Shown: positions 9,523 through 16,318, numbered from the stretch's first letter. The stretch: DNA of 24,000 nt from Gammaproteobacteria bacterium (GCA_036985915.1 BTQO01000002.1:3541-27540), one strand, 5' to 3'. Translations and numbers: made by a program. Notes: generated by a model not told the origin, from the letters alone.

Positions 9523-10401
9523 TTAATCTCCGAGATATTTATGCACGAAATCCGCTGTCCGCTGCATTGCATCCTTCGCTGCCAGGTCATCGGCAAACGT
9601 TCGTACATGCGGCGGCCTGAAATCAAACCCTCGCCCAACACCTGGGTAGACGATCACCTTTGCATCTCTTTTTTTCTCTTTCAATGCATCAATCCCGGCC
9701 AGTATCGGACGATAACGCTGGTACTGCTCGTGATCGCCAAGGAATACCAACACCGGCACATTCAGATCATTGATTTCAGGCGCGTAACGGTAGACTTGCA
9801 TAGGTTCACCTGCATTGGGATCCTGCCAATGGGGGTAGTACGAAACATAACAGGCGACCTTGTCCTTTTGACGACCCTTGGTGACCAGCGCCTTGAGTGT
9901 CATGTAGCCGCCGCGCGTGTGAGACACGGTACATATTTTTTTGCTCTTCACATCAGGCAGGGTCAACAGATAGTCAATACCCGCCGCTACATCATCTTCA
10001 ACTTCATAACGATGCTCGATTGGAAACTTCTCTATAAAATTAGCCGTCCAAATATCCGGCGCCAAAACGACAAAACCGCGCGCAGCCAGGCGGATGGGAT
10101 GCAGCCTGGTAAGATCATCAATCCCTCGCCGGCCATGCTGAAATAAAATGCCGGGATATGCGCCCTTGGCCTTCGGCCGGATTAACAAGGCTGGCACTTC
10201 AATATCCCTGCTCTTGTAGGATACTTCCTTGATAACAACTTCGTAATTCGCCGGCTGCCTGAGCTTCCCTTTTTCCCACCAGCCGTCGTCCCACCACCAC
10301 TTTTCCTTATCTTGCGGGTATTCCATTTTTACCCACGGCTCATGCATCGCCCATGCGGTGTTCGCCATCAGGTACATCAACAGCACAAGCAGTAATCTCA
10401 T
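9523..10401 (-). CDS. secreted dienelactone hydrolase-family alpha/beta hydrolase
   Basis: Signal peptide MRLLLVLLMYLMANTAWA. DLH-like core: PGILFQHGRRG, a nucleophile-elbow-like CTVSHTRGGYM, and a C-terminal His region. Confidence 0.7.
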   Translation of the reverse strand: MRLLLVLLMYLMANTAWAMHEPWVKMEYPQDKEKWWWDDGWWEKGKLRQPANYEVVIKEVSYKSRDIEVPALLIRPKAKGAYPGILFQHGRRGIDDLTRLHPIRLAARGFVVLAPDIWTANFIEKFPIEHRYEVEDDVAAGIDYLLTLPDVKSKKICTVSHTRGGYMTLKALVTKGRQKDKVACYVSYYPHWQDPNAGEPMQVYRYAPEINDLNVPVLVFLGDHEQYQRYRPILAGIDALKEKKRDAKVIVYPGVGRGFDFRPPHVRTFADDLAAKDAMQRTADFVHKYLGD

Positions 10402-10557
10402 TTCATGTTCCTCAAACTATGACGTTACATTCGGGAAGTATACGCAACATACATCACGGGCGCCCCCGGACTGATTGAATCCGCCATGCACCATCCGGGA
10501 AACCAACTGCACCATTATTTGTCATAACCATAGCTTAACAACCTTATAACCGGATTA

Positions 10558-11199
10558 ATGACCATGATAATTCGTATGCTACCCCTGACATTTACAGGAT
10601 TCCTCAGCATTTTTCTGGTTTCAGCGGCAATATCTGCCCATGCCGATGATCATGCCGTAAACGCGCCTGCCAAGACCGCGAAGGCCACATTTGCAGGCGG
10701 GTGTTTCTGGTGCATGGAGCCACCCTATGATGCCATTGATGGCGTTCTTTCGGTCACCTCCGGTTATACCGGTGGAAAGCTTGCCAACCCCACTTACGGT
10801 CAGGTCTCACGTGGCGGGACCGGTCATGCTGAGGCAGTCCAGATCATCTACGACCCGGCACGTGTAAGTTACGACGAATTACTGAGGGTTTTCTGGCGAA
10901 ATATCGACCCGCTTGCCAAAGACTATCAGTTCTGCGATTACGGCGATCAATACCGGGCTGCGATTTTCTACCACGATGATGAACAGTTTCGGCTTGCCAT
11001 GAACGCCAAGCAAGCCCTGGTGGATAGCAAACGCTTTGACAAACCGATTGTCACTGAAATAGTGCGAGCAGGTCCTTTCTACCCGGCTGAGGATTACCAC
11101 CAGGAGTATTACAAAAAGAACCCGGTGCGCTACAAGTATTACCGCTGGCGCTGTGGGCGTGACCAGCGACTGGAAGAGTTATGGGGAAAGCCTCAATGA
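10558..11199 (+). CDS. msrA: MsrA paralog with N-terminal signal peptide (predicted periplasmic methionine sulfoxide reductase A)
   Basis: Signal peptide ..FLVSAAISAHA followed by an MsrA core with FAGGCFWCMEPPYD, GYTGG..NPTY..V..G.TGHAE and AEDYHQEY. Confidence 0.85.
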   Translation: MTMIIRMLPLTFTGFLSIFLVSAAISAHADDHAVNAPAKTAKATFAGGCFWCMEPPYDAIDGVLSVTSGYTGGKLANPTYGQVSRGGTGHAEAVQIIYDPARVSYDELLRVFWRNIDPLAKDYQFCDYGDQYRAAIFYHDDEQFRLAMNAKQALVDSKRFDKPIVTEIVRAGPFYPAEDYHQEYYKKNPVRYKYYRWRCGRDQRLEELWGKPQ

Positions 11200-11327
11200 T
11201 AAAAAATCCTGGTCAATTCCACAGATAAATTGAGTAACAACCATACCGGGGACGCATTCGAGCCTTGTCAGGCATAAAAACATGTGTTATAGCAGATTGG
11301 GGTTGATTCGCAAGAAAAATCAAGTGG

Positions 11328-12098
11328 TTGCGGCATGCCGCGGGGGAATCCGGACAAGTGCTGGAAAACTATCAGGATTATATCGAAGCAGCCGGCAAGA
11401 CCAGGTCCTTGAAGGACATTCATGCGCTCTGTTCCGATATGTGTAACCACTATGGCTTCGATCACTTTGTATACGGAGCAAGATTTCCTACTTCTTTACT
11501 CAATCCAAAGATTGTCTTCATCAGTGGCTACCCAACACAATGGTGGGAGCGCTATAAATCAGAAAATTACATGAGGATTGACCCGCTTGTGGCGCATTGT
11601 GAGCACAACATCACGCCTATTCGCTGGGATTGCATACAAAGGGATTTGCTTGAATCACCAAACATAAGCCGCTTTATGTCAGAGGCAGTTGATAGCGGAT
11701 TACGCAACGGTTTGAGTATACCTGTTCATACAAGCAATGGTGAGTTTGCCATGCTCAATTTTTCCACCTCAGATAGCCCTGAGAAATCTTCTGATCATAT
11801 TATTCAAGGTACACCCGAAGTGTACTTGCTTACCAACTACATCCACGAAGCTGTAACCCGCATCGTAGATGCTCTGGGAGAAGATAAGCCTCTCGTTAAA
11901 CTCACAAACCGGGAACGAGAGTGCCTTTTGTGGGCTGCTGATGGTAAAACGGCCTGGGAAACAGCCCAGATACTCAAAGTCTCCGAAAGAACTATTGTCT
12001 GGCATATCCAGAATGCCCAATCAAAGCTCAAAACCGTCAGCAGACAACAAACGGTCGCAAGAGCCATCTCAAGAGGCATCATCTCTCCGCAACTTTAA
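11328..12098 (+). CDS. luxR: LuxR-family acyl-homoserine-lactone-responsive transcriptional regulator
   Basis: The autoinducer-binding domain has the conserved W/Y/D-P/W/G positions (TQWWERY, RIDPLV, PIRWD, GLSIPV). C-terminal LuxR HTH: LTNRERECLLWAADGKTAWETAQILKVSERTIVWHIQNA. The true start may be the GTG at 11358, preceded by GGGGGA, rather than the TTG at 11328. Confidence 0.92.
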   Translation: MRHAAGESGQVLENYQDYIEAAGKTRSLKDIHALCSDMCNHYGFDHFVYGARFPTSLLNPKIVFISGYPTQWWERYKSENYMRIDPLVAHCEHNITPIRWDCIQRDLLESPNISRFMSEAVDSGLRNGLSIPVHTSNGEFAMLNFSTSDSPEKSSDHIIQGTPEVYLLTNYIHEAVTRIVDALGEDKPLVKLTNRERECLLWAADGKTAWETAQILKVSERTIVWHIQNAQSKLKTVSRQQTVARAISRGIISPQL

Positions 12099-12167
12099 AG
12101 GCTGGCCTTAAACGCATGCTCTTGCGTATAAGCAATACTTCTTTTGTTTTCAATATGTTACGCATGC

Positions 12168-12187
12168 ACCTGTAAGATCTTACAGTT
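12168..12187. promoter_or_regulatory. lux box (LuxR-type operator) upstream of the first luxI
   Basis: ACCTGTAAGATCTTACAGTT contains a perfect 16-bp palindrome, CTGTAAGATCTTACAG (12170-12185). Compare the Vibrio fischeri lux box ACCTGTAGGATCGTACAGGT. The centre lies ~70 bp upstream of the luxI ATG at 12248. Confidence 0.85.
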
Positions 12188-12247
12188 ACGCCGCGTCAGT
12201 ACTCTGTCGTTTACTTATCCGGGGTGGTTTTTCCGGAGGTGTCGACG

Positions 12248-12895
12248 ATGTACAAAATATTCTGGGGCAAGGCAAACACTCTAAATCAGGCGATACTCGC
12301 TTCATTATTTTCATTCCGCTATCAGGTTTTCCGGCAACGGCTTGGATGGGATGTAGTTTGCAATGAGGGCCAGGAAACAGACCGATTCGATACTATAAAC
12401 CCGGCCTATATTGTTGCGTTAAACAAGAAGGGTGTTGCCGAGGGTTGTTTCCGGCTACTGCCAACAACAGGTGATTACATGCTAAAGCATGTTTTTCCTG
12501 AAATGATTGATGGCGATGACGCACCATGCGATGAAACTATTTGGGAGCTAAGCCGATTCGCTGTTATGCCTCGAAAAAAGAGTGCAGCAGTAAAAGGCGG
12601 CTGCTGCGCGGTAACGTTCCAGATTATCCGCAGTGTCTATGACTTCGCGGTAGCACATGGTATTAACCGGTATGTGTTTGTTACCAGCGTTGCCGTTGAA
12701 CGGCTATTGCGGCGACTTAAATTGCCAGTATCACGCTTTGGTAGCGGACATACATATCGACTCGGAAAAGTGCGATCTGTGGTGTTATGGGTTGATATTA
12801 ACGATCAATTCCGCCAAGCAATGTACGGCGACGCAGTGCCTGTAACACCGGATATAAATCTACTCAGCGGCTCCGGGTATGAACAGGCAGCCTGA
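12248..12895 (+). CDS. luxI: acyl-homoserine-lactone synthase, LuxI family (copy 1, canonical motifs)
   Basis: FRYQVFRQRLGWDV, GQETDRFD, FRLLPTTGDYML and IWELSRFAV are all LuxI-family signature blocks. GGAGG at 12235-12239 precedes the ATG at 12248. Confidence 0.92.
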   Translation: MYKIFWGKANTLNQAILASLFSFRYQVFRQRLGWDVVCNEGQETDRFDTINPAYIVALNKKGVAEGCFRLLPTTGDYMLKHVFPEMIDGDDAPCDETIWELSRFAVMPRKKSAAVKGGCCAVTFQIIRSVYDFAVAHGINRYVFVTSVAVERLLRRLKLPVSRFGSGHTYRLGKVRSVVLWVDINDQFRQAMYGDAVPVTPDINLLSGSGYEQAA

Positions 12896-12905
12896 TCAGA
12901 GGCAA

Positions 12906-13550
12906 ATGCTTATGCCAATCATAACAGCCAAAATAGGAGATCCTGCCCTTACCCCCGTACTTCTCGCCGATATGTTCAGCTTCCGTGCCCGTGTCTTTTC
13001 ACAGCAACTGGGCTGGGAGCGCGAATCGGACCAGGGGCGGGATAACCTTGATGACCTCAACCCGGTGTACGTCATATCACTTGATCACGGCCGGGTGAAT
13101 GGCTGCCTGCGGCTGCTGCCAACGGACGGCTGGTATATGCTCGGTGACGAATTTCCTGAACTGCTATGGGGAGAGCAGCCACCGCGCAGTCCGGTGGTCT
13201 GGGAAGTCAGCCGTTTTGCGGCGCAGGAAATAAATGCACCATGCGAATCATCAGTACAGATAGCGTCTCCTGACATCGCTTGGGAATTGATTTTATCCGC
13301 CATGCGCTTTGCGCTGAATGCCGGGGTCGAAACTTTCGTTGCAGTTGCCAGCACTGACGTTGAATCCTATCTGAAGTCAGTCGGCCTGCGAATGCGTCGC
13401 TTTGGTCTAGGCCATCAGGTGATGGTTTCCGGCTGCGCGATTACTGCACTAAAAATAAATGTTACCGCATCCCTGGCAAGGATAGACCTGGGAACACTCT
13501 CAGGAAACCAACACCATGCCGCAGCCACTCAACAACGCTCTGGAGATTAA
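12906..13550 (+). CDS. luxI: acyl-homoserine-lactone synthase, LuxI family (copy 2, divergent)
   Basis: FRARVFSQQLGWE, LRLLPTDGWYML and VWEVSRFAA are conserved, but the acidic block reads QGRDNLDD. Candidate starts are ATG 12879 (overlaps copy 1), 12906 (AGAGG upstream) and 12912. Confidence 0.85.
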   Translation: MLMPIITAKIGDPALTPVLLADMFSFRARVFSQQLGWERESDQGRDNLDDLNPVYVISLDHGRVNGCLRLLPTDGWYMLGDEFPELLWGEQPPRSPVVWEVSRFAAQEINAPCESSVQIASPDIAWELILSAMRFALNAGVETFVAVASTDVESYLKSVGLRMRRFGLGHQVMVSGCAITALKINVTASLARIDLGTLSGNQHHAAATQQRSGD

Positions 13551-13552
13551 CA

Positions 13553-14005
13553 TTGCTAAGAATACTCATGGTTGGTGCCTCGTCACGGACGGCATCTTTT
13601 TTTAATACCATTTGCGGCAAACGGGGACTGGCAGTGACAATACAGGATGACCCCGAAAGGGCATCCGAATTGCTGCGCAGCAATCCTGATACCTATGACT
13701 GGGTCATCGTAGAGGGCGATGATACCGCTGAACACACCGGTATTATTTCCAATACCCTGTCATCTAAAGATTCCAGGATACCACTGGCACTGCTGTATCA
13801 CCCGGTACAGTCATTTGGTGCGGTAGACGATATGTGGGCGGGCTCGCGACCACAGCAAAGATCACCTCAATATCATTCCCCTGAATTGCTTTCGCAACCA
13901 GAAGAACCCTGCCTGGTAACAAAACAACAGCACACTGTTACTGACTATGACCCGGTGGTGCTTGAATACCACGCCCCCTGTAAACCGAGGGCCAGGAAAA
14001 ACTAA
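13553..14005 (+). CDS. hypothetical 150-aa protein with a degenerate receiver(REC)-like N-terminal half and a P/Q-rich tail
   Basis: A TTG start lies 2 nt after the luxI-2 stop, with GGAGA 6 nt upstream. RILMVG..(helix)..LAVTIQ..(helix)..YDWVIVEGDD..IPLALLY follows the beta-alpha pattern of CheY-like receivers but lacks the N-terminal acidic pair. Family assignment is by eye only. Confidence 0.5.
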   Translation: MLRILMVGASSRTASFFNTICGKRGLAVTIQDDPERASELLRSNPDTYDWVIVEGDDTAEHTGIISNTLSSKDSRIPLALLYHPVQSFGAVDDMWAGSRPQQRSPQYHSPELLSQPEEPCLVTKQQHTVTDYDPVVLEYHAPCKPRARKN

Positions 14006-14032
14006 GGAAACTCTGATTTATTCTGAGTTTCC
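14006..14032. other. 8-bp perfect inverted repeat directly after the orphan ORF's stop
   Basis: GGAAACTC (14006-14013), an 11-nt spacer, then GAGTTTCC (14025-14032). No U-tract follows, so it could be a weak terminator or a protein-binding site. Confidence 0.3.
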
Positions 14033-14053
14033 GCGGTACAAGGACGATGTACA

Positions 14054-14127
14054 CGACTCCATGGCAAGGATTGTTCCCGACAATCCTTTTGCATTTCCTC
14101 CATCCATGGAGGTAGATGGAGGAGATA
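14054..14127 (+). repeat. 74-bp direct repeat, copy 1
   Basis: CGACTCCATGGCAAGGATTGTTCCCGACAATCCTTTTGCATTTCCTCCATCCATGGAGGTAGATGGAGGAGATA. It is 73/74 identical to 14179-14252, a 125-bp period. Confidence 0.95.
14066..14090 (+). terminator. terminator-like hairpin inside repeat copy 1 (an identical copy lies at 14191-14215)
   Basis: AAGGATTGT-TCCCG-ACAATCCTT is a 9-bp perfect stem with a 5-nt loop, running into TTTT on the + strand only. Confidence 0.35.
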
Positions 14128-14178
14128 GAGCCGCGTCGGGAACGGCGGCCGAAGGATGTACAAGTGTCGCGAGAGGCG

Positions 14179-14252
14179 CGACTCCTTGGCAAGGATTGTT
14201 CCCGACAATCCTTTTGCATTTCCTCCATCCATGGAGGTAGATGGAGGAGATA
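14179..14252 (+). repeat. 74-bp direct repeat, copy 2
   Basis: Same sequence as 14054-14127 apart from one A-to-T difference (14061 vs 14186). Confidence 0.95.
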
Positions 14253-14430
14253 CGAGCCCATGGATGGGCGAAGGTAGAACAATGCAGGAGCAATTGTCGA
14301 GAATGAAGCACGACTGCATGGACGCAGAAGGTAGAGCAACGCATGGAGCAGTTGCCGAGGAGCCAGAGCCGAGGATGCCGGGAGCGGCTGTACCGCCAAA
14401 ATCGATCCTCGCAGGGAATTGATTTTGTGA

Positions 14431-14458
14431 GGAAAACGGAAACTTGTTTTCGTTTTCC
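14431..14458 (+). terminator. terminal 13-bp hairpin closing the GGA-rich region
   Basis: GGAAAACGGAAAC-TT-GTTTTCGTTTTCC has one mismatch. No clean U-tract follows, so terminator function is uncertain. Confidence 0.3.
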
Positions 14459-14593
14459 GTGCGCTGATAATTCTTAGATGGAATTATTCTTAAGCTTCCC
14501 TAAAACTAGGGTCTGCGTTCTTTTTGTGTAATCGCCTTTCTTTTTATATGCTGATCAAATTCGCCCTGCGAAAAACCATCAGCCTGGTCAAAA

Positions 14594-16318
14594 CTACATG
14601 AGCGGTCTTGGTTCTTCGATGCCATAACCTTGAGCATAATTGACACCTATCTCCTTCAATTTCTTTAAGATAGCATCATCTTCAACAAATTCGGCAATGG
14701 TTTGTTTGCCCATCACATGGCCTATTTCGTTAATGGATTTAACCATTGCATAATCGATAGGGTCATTCACGATATTCTTAACAAAAGTGCCATCTATTTT
14801 AAGATAATCGACTGGCAGATTTTTTAGATAGGCAAATGAGGAAAATCCACTGCCAAAATCGTCAAGAGCAAATTTACAGCCATCTTCCTTCAGGGTATGT
14901 ATAAAATGTTTTGCATCGTTCAGGCTGGTAATTGCCGCTGTTTCTGTAATTTCAAAGCAGATCTTCTCTGGCGGTATTGAACTATTATTCAGCGCATGGA
15001 CTATAACACTTAAAATATGATCGTCACTAAGGGTCTGTCCAGAAATATTTATCGAACAAATCTGAAGATTCTCGAGTTTCTCCGGATTGGCATCCAGCCA
15101 GGAAAAGGCCCTTTCGACCACCCACTGATCTAACTTGCTTGATAGGTTAAAACGCTCTGCCGCAGGAAGGAAATTTCCTGGTAGCACCATATTTCCTTCC
15201 TCATCCTCCATCCTGACGAGCAGCTCATAATGTTCTCTTTGTTGTCCGTTTATTATCGGCATTATCTTTTGGTAATAAAGATGAAAGCGATCTTCCCTGA
15301 TTGCCTTGGTTATTGAACTCACCAATTTCATTTCTTTATTTTGCTGCGCCAGTTCACTATCGGATTGATCAAACATCCGTATACGATTTCGACCGGCATC
15401 TTTCGCAGCGAACAAGGCTGCATCAGCCATATTCATCGCGCTGGATATTTTCTTCACGGCGGTATTTACGGGTGCGACCCCGATACTGGAGCTTATATCA
15501 AATGACTTATCTTCCCAGGTAAATACATGAGCCCGGATCGCATCCCTGAGACGCATAATGACCTTGTCAGCCTGTAGCATTGGACAGATCATCAGCAATA
15601 TTCCAAACTCATCACCATCAATTCTTGCGACTATGTCGTTCTGTTTTAGCAAACCCCTTAAGAGACTGCCTACCTGGCGCAATAGTTCGTCACCTGCAAC
15701 GTATCCACATGTATTATTAATGACCTTGAATTGATCGAGGTCGATGTAGCATAACGTGTGCTCAATATCATTTAAGCTGGTTATATCCATGCTTTGCTGT
15801 AGACGATGTTCGAACTCCCGCCGATTGACAAGCCCAGTTAAAGGATCGTGCGTTTCCTGATATGACAGCTTTTCCGAGAGTGTATGTGCAACTGTTGTGT
15901 CTTCGCAGACCATTAAAAGCCTTTCCTCATTGCCGGCTTCCCGAACTATTCGAACAGTATTCCTGTACCACATGCCATCACCCGACTTACGCACCATCTT
16001 TGACTGGCGCACATGAACAATATCTGGTTGCTGAAGGAAGGCGGTAATCCAGGTCTGTAAAGCGTCCGTTAAACCCTCCGGATATACCACTGATATCGAC
16101 TGACCTAATAATTCATCAAGAGTGTAGCCCAGTTGTTCGGCGCCGAATCGGTTAACCGATAGGATTATTCCGTCCGCATTCAGTGTAAAAAAGATTGCTG
16201 GCGTATCATCGTAAAGCTCACGGTTGCGAACTTCAAATGCGCGCATATTTGGATCCTTTACGTTGTTCTTATTCATGCGGTTCCCTTTTTCTGCTTCCTG
16301 GCTTTTAATTGTGCTCAT
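14594..16318 (-). CDS. PAS-GGDEF-EAL c-di-GMP signalling protein (degenerate DGDEF motif, apparently intact EAL)
   Basis: PAS: FFTLNADGIILSVNRFGAEQLGY. GGDEF domain with RIDGDEFGILL. EAL domain with YELLVR, SINISG, CFEITE, ALDDFGSGFSS, LKIDG, IAEFVE and QGY. Confidence 0.92.
   Translation of the reverse strand: MSTIKSQEAEKGNRMNKNNVKDPNMRAFEVRNRELYDDTPAIFFTLNADGIILSVNRFGAEQLGYTLDELLGQSISVVYPEGLTDALQTWITAFLQQPDIVHVRQSKMVRKSGDGMWYRNTVRIVREAGNEERLLMVCEDTTVAHTLSEKLSYQETHDPLTGLVNRREFEHRLQQSMDITSLNDIEHTLCYIDLDQFKVINNTCGYVAGDELLRQVGSLLRGLLKQNDIVARIDGDEFGILLMICPMLQADKVIMRLRDAIRAHVFTWEDKSFDISSSIGVAPVNTAVKKISSAMNMADAALFAAKDAGRNRIRMFDQSDSELAQQNKEMKLVSSITKAIREDRFHLYYQKIMPIINGQQREHYELLVRMEDEEGNMVLPGNFLPAAERFNLSSKLDQWVVERAFSWLDANPEKLENLQICSINISGQTLSDDHILSVIVHALNNSSIPPEKICFEITETAAITSLNDAKHFIHTLKEDGCKFALDDFGSGFSSFAYLKNLPVDYLKIDGTFVKNIVNDPIDYAMVKSINEIGHVMGKQTIAEFVEDDAILKKLKEIGVNYAQGYGIEEPRPLM

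Larger units (their letters stand above)
14040..14460 (+). ncRNA. candidate CsrB/RsmZ-class (CsrA/RsmA-sequestering) small RNA, or a tandem of such RNAs
   Basis: There are 21 GGA trinucleotides on the + strand within ~400 nt (about 6 expected by chance). Many sit in the loops of short hairpins: 14096-14123 (loop CAUGGAGGUA), 14130-14149 (CGGGA), 14256-14269 (GCCCA-UGGA-UGGGC), 14279-14297 (AGGA), 14314-14327 (AUGGAC), 14336-14355 (AUGGA) and 14377-14388 (GGAG). A terminal 13-bp hairpin lies at 14431-14458. The only ORFs here are overlapping repeat artefacts on both strands. Confidence 0.45.

Noticed and set aside
12168-12187. The lux box half-sites TGTAAG / CTTACA are identical to the half-sites of the GacA/UvrY box (TGTAAG-N6-CTTACA) that drives Csr/Rsm sRNA genes.
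   Set aside because: The spacing here is 2 nt, not 6. The site sits in front of luxI, and the overall 20-mer matches the lux-box consensus. I found no correctly spaced GacA box anywhere in the window, including upstream of the GGA-rich region.
14054-14252. Possible CRISPR array (two identical repeats separated by a unique spacer).
   Set aside because: There are only two copies. The repeats are 74 bp, far longer than CRISPR repeats, and the spacer is 51 bp. No cas genes or leader are present, and the repeats contain multiple internal hairpins.
13938-14422. Several overlapping ORFs of 88-153 aa on both strands across the luxI / GGDEF-EAL intergenic region (for example 13938..14399 on the minus strand and 14156..14422 on the plus strand).
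   Set aside because: They overlap each other in different frames. Their repeated peptide blocks (for example FAFPPSMEVDGGD, SIYLHGWRKCKRIVGNNPC) simply mirror the 74-bp DNA duplication. None has a family signature or a credible RBS. The region is better explained as structured non-coding sequence.
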